A stretch of DNA of 64,000 bases from an uncultured Clostridia bacterium (lineage in GTDB: Bacteria > Bacillota > Clostridia > Christensenellales > Borkfalkiaceae), in assembly GCA_934254825.1 (NCBI GenBank), contig CAKQMB010000015.1, positions 1,950 through 65,949 on the forward strand, read 5' to 3'. The position numbers and the translations under genes are program-made. The notes under the pieces are model-generated. The model made no database searches. It saw only the letters and a list, made by a program, of their open reading frames with translations, and was not told the origin of the DNA. Shown piece after piece: positions 46,989 to 55,509 of the stretch (its first letter is position 1; each line of letters opens with the position of its first letter).

Positions 46989-48385
46989 AGGGGTTTTTTG
47001 ATTGTGATTGCACGGGTGAAAAGCTCGATATGGACGATTTTGTCAAAAAATACGGTAACGGGCGCAAAATAAAAAGTGAGTACGTTAAAGACGAAAGTTT
47101 TTCCGACGGCTTCGGTTGCGGAGTTCTTGCGACCGAAATAAAAACGAAAAACGGCTTGCTGATGTTTATATGCAACACCGAAAACAGAGAAGTCGAATTT
47201 TCCGTTGCAGACTTTTCCGTTACCGAATTTTCCGTTGCGGACAAGTCTCCGTTTTGGGTGGCGGATCATACGGACGGCGTTTGTTTCCGCGGCGAAAAGC
47301 CGCAAGGCGTACTCTCGCCGTTCGGAAGCGTTACTCTGTTTTTCGGAGACGATTTGTTTTTCGGAAATAATTTAAACGAAAGGGACTACGTTCCCGTGAA
47401 AAGCAGATTTTATTCTTCCGACGGTTGTATTTTCGGAAATGGCGGCTTTATTGCCGATTTAAAAAAAGAAAACGGATTTTCCGTTCGTTTCGGGGCGAAT
47501 ATGCTGCCGATAAACGTCGTCGATTTTAAAACCGAACACGTCGATTTGAAAAACGTCGATCTGTCGGAGATAAGGCACAATTATTTCTATCCGTTAAACG
47601 ACGGAGAGAATTTCGAGGTCGTTTATCGCTTTAAAGCGGAGACTGTCCCCGAAGAAGCGTTCGCTGCCATGGAAAATGCCGAAAATCTCGACGAAATAAT
47701 CGTAAACGGACGGAAAATCGTCCCGAACAGAAAACGCGGAGAAGAACAGATTTTTGACGAAAACTGTTTTATAGATCAATCGTTTTTAAAGACGGATATC
47801 GCTTTTGCGTTGAAAACGGGCGATAATTATATAAAGATAAAAGGGAAAAAGGTCAACAACATCACGGGAGCGGGAATGCATAGAAGCGTAGACTCGCGCG
47901 AAAACGCGACGGAGGCGGAAACCGCGTATATAATCGGTCGGTTCGGCATTAGAAAGATAAACGGAGAAAACGTTATGGTAAAGGAAAATCCGTCCGACGC
48001 GGAGACTTACCCTTATTACAGCGGCGAAGTTGTCGCGGAAAAAACCGTTTGCATTCCGCCCGCAAAGCCAAACGAGGGCGTTTATATCTCGTTAAAAAAC
48101 GGAAACTACGCCTCTGCCGAAGTTTTCGTGAACGGAAAATCGGCGGGCAAAAAGTTTGTCTTTCCCGCGTTTTTCGACGTTACGGAGTATCGCGGGCAGA
48201 CGGTCGAAATAACGGTGAAAATGAAAAACACGTTATTTTCTCTGTTCGGACCGCACGATATTTTGTCGTACGAAAAATTAAAATGGGTCGAGCCGCGCGT
48301 TTTCAACGACATCGGGCTGAAAGGAGAGGAAAAAACGGAGAAATTCGATACGGGAGAAATAGTGATAACGGTTGTCGGGCGGTGA
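46967..48385 (+). CDS. C-terminal part of the split glycoside-hydrolase-like gene (beta-sandwich/jelly-roll-like)
   Basis: 472-aa ORF, shifted in frame relative to 45453..46988 and overlapping its end. The two parts together are about 980 aa, as expected for this family. Tail: ..YYSGEVVAEKTV..ASAEVFVNGKSAGKKFVFPAFFDVTEY. Confidence 0.65.
   Translation: MRINRLIEGFFDCDCTGEKLDMDDFVKKYGNGRKIKSEYVKDESFSDGFGCGVLATEIKTKNGLLMFICNTENREVEFSVADFSVTEFSVADKSPFWVADHTDGVCFRGEKPQGVLSPFGSVTLFFGDDLFFGNNLNERDYVPVKSRFYSSDGCIFGNGGFIADLKKENGFSVRFGANMLPINVVDFKTEHVDLKNVDLSEIRHNYFYPLNDGENFEVVYRFKAETVPEEAFAAMENAENLDEIIVNGRKIVPNRKRGEEQIFDENCFIDQSFLKTDIAFALKTGDNYIKIKGKKVNNITGAGMHRSVDSRENATEAETAYIIGRFGIRKINGENVMVKENPSDAETYPYYSGEVVAEKTVCIPPAKPNEGVYISLKNGNYASAEVFVNGKSAGKKFVFPAFFDVTEYRGQTVEITVKMKNTLFSLFGPHDILSYEKLKWVEPRVFNDIGLKGEEKTEKFDTGEIVITVVGR
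46972..46999 (-). repeat. dispersed repeat, copy g (at the break point of the hydrolase gene)
   Basis: gattaatcgacttatagaggggtttttt. The same variant subtype as copy f (..cgacttatagagg..ttttt). Confidence 0.8.
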
Positions 48386-48494
48386 AACGTCCGATACCGA
48401 ATTTGCGAAGAAAAAACCGATTTGCGAAAATTTTTTTGCAGTTATTCGGCTTTAATACTGCATAAAATGCAACATACCTATGGCATTTTTGGTA

Positions 48495-48523
48495 TTTACT
48501 TTGCCTTTTCTATGGTGTATACT
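48495..48523 (+). promoter_or_regulatory. candidate promoter of the giant surface-protein gene
   Basis: TTTACT, 17 nt, then TATACT. Confidence 0.35.
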
Positions 48524-48605
48524 TAGTGCGCTAAGGTCAAAAAACGACCTTAAATAAAAAAATGCCGACATAAAAATGCGGTAAAAAAAGGAGAAAACAG
48601 GTAAA

Positions 48606-51600
48606 ATGAAAGGGAAAAAGCAGGTATTTGCAATTTTTTCTTTAATTTGCGCTATGGTTTTCGCGTTGACGGGGTTTATAATGATAAATCATGTCACGGC
48701 GGAAGCCGCAAAAGAAGATGTTGCAATTTCCGCGGCGGAAATCGGTGAGGATTGGAGCGCAGAGGAAAGCGGTCTCGCGGTCATAGGCGCATGGGCTCTC
48801 AGCGGAACGAGGCGCGCTCTCGACGTGAGGGAAACGGACGGCGAAAAAGGCTTTACGATCAACCTCGACAAAAAGGGAATGACAAGCAGTTCCAATGCCG
48901 TGAAATTTGACAGGGAATATTATGAAGTTACTTCCGCAACGGTAAGAGTTTACGTTCATTTTTCGTCCGGATCGACTTACGAGTGGGGTAAACAAGACGC
49001 AGGCTGGCATGCTTACGGCGTTTATCTTTACGGTTTTTCGAGAGACGGAAAACCGCTTGTTTCGGGGCTTCCCGGGTTCGGTACGGGCGGATATTGCTTC
49101 GCCGAAGACGTAACTCAGGATGAGTGGATCGATCTCGTGCTTACGGGCGACGATCTCGCCTGGCTTATAGATACCGACGGAGCTTTCAGAGGTTTTAAAG
49201 TCGGTTCGAGAATGGACGGCAACGCCTCCGGCGAAGAAGAGAAGTTCTACACGGGTTCGCAGGCGTTCGTTTCGGTCGGTAAAATCACCGTCACTCACGG
49301 AGATTATAAAAAGATCACGTTTGACGACGACAACGGCGGAGCTACGACGAAATACGTCGCGCCGAACGGAAAAGTCGAAAAACCGGCAGATCCCGTAAAA
49401 GAAAATTACGAATTTATAGAATGGCGCACCGCAAACGGCGAAGCTTTCGACTTCGACAGCGAGATAACCGAAGACGTTACTTTGACGGCTGCGTATAATT
49501 TCACGGGTAATTATACGATAACGTTCGTATCGAACGGCGGCAGTATAGTGAACGCGTTGACGGTTAAAAGCGGAACCGTCGCGACAAAACCCGACGATCC
49601 CGTCAAGAGCGGTTACGCGTTCGGTGGTTGGGCAACGAAAGACGGGGACGTTTTCGATTTCGCAACCGCGATAGAAGACAATATCACGCTTTACGCGGTG
49701 TGGAACGAAGTCGCTCCGACGGAGGCTACGTCCGTTTCGACGGCAATCATCGCGGCTACCGCGACGGACGGCTGGAACGTTTCGCAAAACACGCTCGCAA
49801 AGATAGGCGGCTGGCCGCTCAGCGGAAATCAGAGACAGCTCGAAGTTAAGGAAATCGACGGCGAATACGGCTTTACGATGAACCTTCACAACAAGACGAT
49901 GACTTACAGCACGAACGCCGTTAAGTTCGAGCGCGCATACAAGGGCGTTTCGAAAATCGTCGTAAGAGCATATGCGCATTTCTCGTCGGGAGAAACTTAC
50001 AATATAGGAACTCAGTCGGCAGGCTGGCACGCGTTCGGCGTATATCTTTACGGACTCGAAAAAGACGGCTCGCCCGTTGTTTCGGGCGCGGCGGGTCTCG
50101 GTACGGGCGGATATTGCTTCGCCGAAGACGTAACTCAGGATCAGTGGATCGATATCGAAATCGAGGGCGACGACCTTCAATGGTTTATCGACGCCGACGG
50201 AACGTTCAAGGGTTTCAAAGTCGGTTGCAGAATGGACGCGAACGCGGGGCTGGACAATTTGTTTTACAGCAATTTCGCCGCGTACGTTTCTGTTTCGCAG
50301 ATAACGGTCACTCATAACAATTACGTTTCCGTCACTTTCGACGACGGAGAAAACAAAACGGTCAAAGAAGTGGTTTACGGTTCGGCGGTAGATAAAATCG
50401 CGGATCCCGTAAAAGAGGGTTACGCTCTGGAAGCGTGGCTTTCGGACGGCAAAGTATATGATTTTTCGACTCCCGTCACTTCCGATATAACGCTTGTCGC
50501 GAAGTGGAGAAACACGGCGACCTGCGCGGTCGAATTCGAAACCGACGGCGGAACGGAAATACCCGCACAGACGGTTAATAAAGGCGGTAACGCCGCGAAA
50601 CCGACCGATCCCGAAAAACTCGGTTACGATTTTGCGGGCTGGGTCGACGCGAACGGAAACGAATTTGATTTCGATTGTTCGATAAACGAAGATACCGTAA
50701 TATACGCGACATGGAAACTGTCTCCGTATACGAGATATGTGGCGACGGACGCGTCGAAAGCGGGCGAAAACTGGGGCGAAGCGCAGAGCGGACTCACGGT
50801 TATAGGCGCGTGGAAACTCGACGGTACGGCAAAGGAAATGGAAATAAAGGAAATAGCGGGGCTTAAAGGCTACACGCTTAACCTTAACAACAAAAAGATG
50901 ACGTGGAGTTCGAATGCGGTTCGTTTCGCAAACGAATACGAAAACGTCGAAAGCATAACGGTCAGAGTGTACGCCCACCTTTCCTCGGGATCGACTTACA
51001 GCTGGGGCTCGAACTCCGGCGGGTTCTATCCTTACGGCGTATATCTTTACGGACTTGAAAAGGACGGCGCGCCCGTCGGTTCCGGCATAAGTTATTTCGG
51101 TACGGGCGGCTATCGTTTCGCGATGGATATAACGCAGGACGAATGGATCGACCTTACGATAACGGGCGACGATCTCAAATGGTTTATCGACGCCGACGGC
51201 AAGTTCAAAGGTTTTAAAATCGGATGCAGAATGGACGTTAACCCCGGCGTTACCGAGTTGTTCTATTCCAATTACGAGGCTTATATATCGGTTGCGAGAA
51301 TAACGGTAAATTACGGAACGTATATGAACGTTACGCTCGATTATGCCGACGGAACGGCTCCCGTAACCAAAAAAGTTCTTCGCGGCGACAAACTCGTCGG
51401 AGTGGAGGAGAGATTCCGCGAGGGCTACGCGTTTGACGGCTGGTATACCGCAAGCGGCGAAAAGTTCGATATGTCTACGGAAATATCCGAAGATATCACG
51501 CTCACCGCGCGTTGGACGGTAGCGGATACCGTTAAAGTCACGTTCGATACGGACGGCGCGGGCGAAATAGACTATAAAATAGTCCTTCGCGGCAGCAAGG

Positions 51601-53555
51601 TGGACGAACCCGACTCGCCCGAGAAAGAAAACTTCGAGTTCCTCGGCTGGTATCTCGGCGACGATCTGTTCGATTTCGAGTCCGCGGTGGAAGACTCCGT
51701 AACGCTCGTAGCAAAATGGAGAGATAAGCGAAGCGTTATAACGGACTTCGCGGCGGGACAATACGAATTCTCCGATATGACTCTTCTCGGCGTAAACGGA
51801 ACTCCCGCTTCCGCAATGGTAAGCGGACAGCACGCTAACGGAATAGCGGCTTTGAATATCGTTTCTTCGGGAACGGGATATCTTGCGGGCGAAGCCCCCG
51901 CCATTGTTCTCTATCTCCACAGCTACGGTATGACGAGAACGAACGGACTTAAATTCAAACAGCCCGTAGACGCGAAAAGCATAGGAAAAATCATCTTCCG
52001 CGTTTACGCTCATTTCTCAACGGGACTTACCTATAACACCGCTTTGGGCGGAGTCAGATTATTTGCGCTCGACGCGGACGGACTCACGGCGGGAGAAGGG
52101 TATATGATCCCCGCGAATATAACTCAGAACAAGTGGGTCGATCTCGAAATAACGGGCGAAGATCTTTTGAAACTTGCGAATTCCGACGGAATTATCGAAG
52201 GTTTCCAGATAGGTTGTTACGTTTTGTCGAACAACGAAACGGGCTTTATCGAAGCCACTTACGGAAGTCAGAAAGCATGGCTTTCCATTTCCGAAATCAA
52301 GGTCACTCAGAAAATATCCGTAACGTTCGACGTCGACGGCGAAACGTGGAAAACCCGTTCGGCGTACACGGGCGATACTCTCGGACTCGAAGTTCCCGAA
52401 AAATCGGGAAAAGTGTTCGTCGGCTGGACGGATATTTCGGGCAATAATTATTCCGCGGACACCGTTCTGACGTGGGACACGAAACTTTTCGCGACGTTTA
52501 AGGACGCGGCGGAATTTGCGGACGGCGTATATTACAACGGAAACGAAACGGGAACGCGCGGCGAAGGAGCTTATATAGAAGTAAGAAACGGAAAGGTCGA
52601 TGTTTCGGATATAAAAGCTTATTCGAAAGAGACGGTATACGCGTTCGGACTTACGACGGACGGAGATCTGTACGTCTACTTTTTAAGCGGCAAATCCGCG
52701 GTTCTCAAAATCGGCAACGGCGGATATGCGCTTTCCGAGACGGTAACGGTCGAATTCTCGACGGGAATAGAGAGCGAAGATTTCTCCTATGAAGTGGTCG
52801 CGGGCAAAAAGATAAACGCGCCGACAATATCGAGAGAAAGCTTCCGCTTCATAAGGTGGAACCTGAACGGTTCCGAGTTCGATTTCGGAACGAGTATTAC
52901 GGAAAGCATTACGCTTGTCGCCGTATGGGAATACGACGAGGTGGAAGACGAACTCTATTACGCCAACGCGGCGGGAAGTTATTATTCTTCCGAAAAAGAG
53001 TCGTTTATCGAACTCGGCAAAGATAAAGTCGTTAAGGCGGGCGGCAAAACGGGAAGTTATATAATTCTCGGTTCGGGCGTAATCGTCGTTCGTTTCGACA
53101 ACGAAGCGGATAAGCTTCTTAACAAGCTCGGACAGACCGTCGAGTTTGACGGAGCGATTTTCGTAAAACTCGCCGACGAATATTATATCACGTTCGTGAC
53201 GGACGGCGGAACGGAAGTCGAAACGATCGTTTTAAGCAAAAACAACGGTTATACGGCGACGGCTCCCGAAAATCCCGTCAAAGAGGGTTACGAGTTCCTG
53301 TACTGGGCGGAGCATAACGGAGACGAGTACGTTAAATACGAATTTAACGGAAAAGTCGTAACCGAAAGCATAAACCTTTACGCTCGCTGGAAACGCGTCG
53401 ATAAGGAAAGCCCCGCGCAGAGCGACGAAGAAATCTCGTCCGGAGACTCGGGATCGTCGGGCGGCGGCTGCGGCGGAGCGATCGGAGGCGGCGCGGCTGT
53501 CCTCGCAACGCTCGCGCTTGTAACGGCGTTTATCCTTAAAAAGAAAAAAGATTAA
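48606..53555 (+). CDS. 1649-aa modular cell-surface protein: 4 x (about 190-aa CBM-like module plus Listeria-Bacteroides/Flg_new repeats) with a Gly/Ser-Cys-TM-Lys C-terminal sorting-like signal
   Basis: Signal peptide MKGKKQVFAIFSLICAMVFALTGFIMINHVTAEA. Flg_new-type repeats (..Y.F.GW..A.G..FDF...I.EDVTL.A.W). Module period is about 1 kb at DNA level: 49081, 50101 and 51100 carry gtacgggcgg... C-terminus: SGDSGSSGGGCGGAIGGGAAVLATLALVTAFILKKKKD. Confidence 0.9.
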   Translation: MKGKKQVFAIFSLICAMVFALTGFIMINHVTAEAAKEDVAISAAEIGEDWSAEESGLAVIGAWALSGTRRALDVRETDGEKGFTINLDKKGMTSSSNAVKFDREYYEVTSATVRVYVHFSSGSTYEWGKQDAGWHAYGVYLYGFSRDGKPLVSGLPGFGTGGYCFAEDVTQDEWIDLVLTGDDLAWLIDTDGAFRGFKVGSRMDGNASGEEEKFYTGSQAFVSVGKITVTHGDYKKITFDDDNGGATTKYVAPNGKVEKPADPVKENYEFIEWRTANGEAFDFDSEITEDVTLTAAYNFTGNYTITFVSNGGSIVNALTVKSGTVATKPDDPVKSGYAFGGWATKDGDVFDFATAIEDNITLYAVWNEVAPTEATSVSTAIIAATATDGWNVSQNTLAKIGGWPLSGNQRQLEVKEIDGEYGFTMNLHNKTMTYSTNAVKFERAYKGVSKIVVRAYAHFSSGETYNIGTQSAGWHAFGVYLYGLEKDGSPVVSGAAGLGTGGYCFAEDVTQDQWIDIEIEGDDLQWFIDADGTFKGFKVGCRMDANAGLDNLFYSNFAAYVSVSQITVTHNNYVSVTFDDGENKTVKEVVYGSAVDKIADPVKEGYALEAWLSDGKVYDFSTPVTSDITLVAKWRNTATCAVEFETDGGTEIPAQTVNKGGNAAKPTDPEKLGYDFAGWVDANGNEFDFDCSINEDTVIYATWKLSPYTRYVATDASKAGENWGEAQSGLTVIGAWKLDGTAKEMEIKEIAGLKGYTLNLNNKKMTWSSNAVRFANEYENVESITVRVYAHLSSGSTYSWGSNSGGFYPYGVYLYGLEKDGAPVGSGISYFGTGGYRFAMDITQDEWIDLTITGDDLKWFIDADGKFKGFKIGCRMDVNPGVTELFYSNYEAYISVARITVNYGTYMNVTLDYADGTAPVTKKVLRGDKLVGVEERFREGYAFDGWYTASGEKFDMSTEISEDITLTARWTVADTVKVTFDTDGAGEIDYKIVLRGSKVDEPDSPEKENFEFLGWYLGDDLFDFESAVEDSVTLVAKWRDKRSVITDFAAGQYEFSDMTLLGVNGTPASAMVSGQHANGIAALNIVSSGTGYLAGEAPAIVLYLHSYGMTRTNGLKFKQPVDAKSIGKIIFRVYAHFSTGLTYNTALGGVRLFALDADGLTAGEGYMIPANITQNKWVDLEITGEDLLKLANSDGIIEGFQIGCYVLSNNETGFIEATYGSQKAWLSISEIKVTQKISVTFDVDGETWKTRSAYTGDTLGLEVPEKSGKVFVGWTDISGNNYSADTVLTWDTKLFATFKDAAEFADGVYYNGNETGTRGEGAYIEVRNGKVDVSDIKAYSKETVYAFGLTTDGDLYVYFLSGKSAVLKIGNGGYALSETVTVEFSTGIESEDFSYEVVAGKKINAPTISRESFRFIRWNLNGSEFDFGTSITESITLVAVWEYDEVEDELYYANAAGSYYSSEKESFIELGKDKVVKAGGKTGSYIILGSGVIVVRFDNEADKLLNKLGQTVEFDGAIFVKLADEYYITFVTDGGTEVETIVLSKNNGYTATAPENPVKEGYEFLYWAEHNGDEYVKYEFNGKVVTESINLYARWKRVDKESPAQSDEEISSGDSGSSGGGCGGAIGGGAAVLATLALVTAFILKKKKD

Positions 53556-53577
53556 GTTTTGGTTTAAATCAGGCAAC

Positions 53578-53607
53578 TTCCGCCCCCGAAACTCCTCGGG
53601 GGCGGAA
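53578..53607 (+). promoter_or_regulatory. 12-bp GC-rich hairpin between the surface-protein gene and the ABC permease genes (partial terminator / mRNA stabiliser candidate)
   Basis: TTCCGCCCCCGA-aactcc-TCGGGGGCGGAA, with no T-run after it. Confidence 0.4.
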
Positions 53608-53621
53608 CGAAAGGAGAAACA

Positions 53622-54569
53622 ATGCAACAGATAACGGAGCAAATCGAAATAAAAAGACCTAAAAAGAAAATTCATTTTTCGAGGGTCGCGTTTATTATTT
53701 CGTTTACGATAATTCCGATAATAAACTTTCTCGTATTTTACGTTTACGTCAATTTCAGTTCGGTGTTGCGGGCGTTTCAGTTGACTTACGACGGAAAAGT
53801 GACGTGGACATTTGCGAATTTCACGTTGTTCTTTTCAGAATTTTCCAAGTCGTCTTCGCTTATCCGCGAAGCGTTCGTGAATACGGGTAAATCGTTCCTT
53901 ATAAATGAGTGTTTGTTTTTGTCGGGGTTTTTCGTTTCGTACTTCCTTTATAAGAAAATATTCGGCTATAAAGTTCTCAGAACGTTATTTTTTCTGCCCG
54001 CGCTTGTTTCGGGAACGATAGTATCGTCGTTTTTCATAAATATCGTATCTATCGACGGACCCGTTGCGCCGCTCGTTCAGAAAATGTTCGGTCTCGATCA
54101 GATGCCGATGCTTATAGCCGATTCGAGATACGCCAACAAAACCATTTTCGCGAATATGATATGGCTCGGAATACCGAGCAATATGCTCATCTGGGGCGGC
54201 ACGTTTTCGAGAATACCCGACAGCGTTCTGGAATCCGGCAAACTCGACGGGGTTGGTTGGCTCAGGGAAGCGTTCAATCTCATAATGCCTATGGTCTGGC
54301 CGACTTTCGCCCTTCAATTCATGCTTACGATCGCGGGCTTTTTCGCCGCTTCGGGTTCGGTCTTTTTGCTGACGCAAGGCGAACTCGGAACGATGACGAT
54401 CTCCTGCTGGCTGTATTTGCAGGTGTATAACAACGTCGGAAACGTCGAGGCTTCCAACACTTATAACTATATGTCCGCTATCGGACTTCTGATGACGTCG
54501 GTTACTCTCGTTATAGTTCTCGTTACGAGAAAGCTTACGAATATGGCGTTTAAGGACGTCGATTACTGA
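53622..54569 (+). CDS. carbohydrate ABC transporter permease (LplB-type)
   Basis: 315 aa, 6 TM. ..SGKLDGVGWLREAFNLIMPMVWPT.. resembles an EAA loop. Confidence 0.85.
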   Translation: MQQITEQIEIKRPKKKIHFSRVAFIISFTIIPIINFLVFYVYVNFSSVLRAFQLTYDGKVTWTFANFTLFFSEFSKSSSLIREAFVNTGKSFLINECLFLSGFFVSYFLYKKIFGYKVLRTLFFLPALVSGTIVSSFFINIVSIDGPVAPLVQKMFGLDQMPMLIADSRYANKTIFANMIWLGIPSNMLIWGGTFSRIPDSVLESGKLDGVGWLREAFNLIMPMVWPTFALQFMLTIAGFFAASGSVFLLTQGELGTMTISCWLYLQVYNNVGNVEASNTYNYMSAIGLLMTSVTLVIVLVTRKLTNMAFKDVDY

Positions 54570-54581
54570 GAGGTTGCCGCT

Positions 54582-55493
54582 ATGGAAAAAAAGATCAAAT
54601 TAAAAAACAAACTCGATATATTCGGCAGATTTACCAAAAAATACGTCGCGAGACGTTCGGTTTCGGAAAGAATAGTGTTTGCGATCGCGTTCGTCTTTCT
54701 TGCGCTTCTCGCCGCGTCCTACCTTTATATACTCATATGGACGTTTTTCGCGGGGGTAAAAAGCAACGAAGAATTCGTCACCCGTCCGTTTGCGATTCCC
54801 ACCGAATGGCGGTTCGGAAATTTCCTCGAAGTGTTCGACCTCCTCGTCGTAAACGACACGAATTTCTGGGGAATGTTGTTCAACAGTTTATACTGGTCGC
54901 TTCTCGGCGGATTTTTGCAGTGTATGTTCACATCGATGATAGCCTATATCGCCGCGAAATACAAATTCCCGGGTTCGGGCGCGTTTTACGTCATTTCAAT
55001 GATTATGATAATGCTTCCGATTTACGGAACGGGCGGCGTAAGATACGAACTGCTTTATAAACTCGGTTTCGTCGACTCGTATACCGAAATATTTACCCAT
55101 ACGAGCGGTCTCGGAATGCTGTTCCTTTATTTTTACGCAGGTTTCTCGTCTGTTTCGGACGCCTATAAAGAGGCGGCGGAGATAGACGGAGCGAACGAGT
55201 GGCAGATATATTTCAGGGTAATGTTCCCGCAGATAATAATGCTTTTCGGAGTTTTATATCTCACCACCTGGAAAACGGCGTGGAACGACTTTTCGTCTGG
55301 ACTTATCTATATGAGAAAACACCCGTCGCTTGCGGTTGGTATTTATATGTTTGAAATTGACGTACTCCACGAGATACGTTACGACGTGCTTTATGCGGCG
55401 TACTTTATCGCGGCAATCCCGCCGATACTGCTGTTCACGCTGTTCAACAACGCGCTCACGACAAACGTTTCTCTCGGCGGAATAAAAGAATAA
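54582..55493 (+). CDS. carbohydrate ABC transporter permease (LplC-type)
   Basis: 303 aa, 6 TM. EAAEIDGANEWQIYFRVMFPQ is the classical EAA motif. Confidence 0.88.
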   Translation: MEKKIKLKNKLDIFGRFTKKYVARRSVSERIVFAIAFVFLALLAASYLYILIWTFFAGVKSNEEFVTRPFAIPTEWRFGNFLEVFDLLVVNDTNFWGMLFNSLYWSLLGGFLQCMFTSMIAYIAAKYKFPGSGAFYVISMIMIMLPIYGTGGVRYELLYKLGFVDSYTEIFTHTSGLGMLFLYFYAGFSSVSDAYKEAAEIDGANEWQIYFRVMFPQIIMLFGVLYLTTWKTAWNDFSSGLIYMRKHPSLAVGIYMFEIDVLHEIRYDVLYAAYFIAAIPPILLFTLFNNALTTNVSLGGIKE

Positions 55494-55509
55494 ACAAAAG
55501 GAGTTTTAT

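Noticed and set aside
48642-52013. 1123-aa minus-strand ORF opposite the giant surface-protein gene.
   Set aside because: The reasoning is the same: this is a mirror of a repetitive, codon-biased plus-strand gene. Its repeats simply reflect the 1-kb module periodicity, and it has no start context or motifs.
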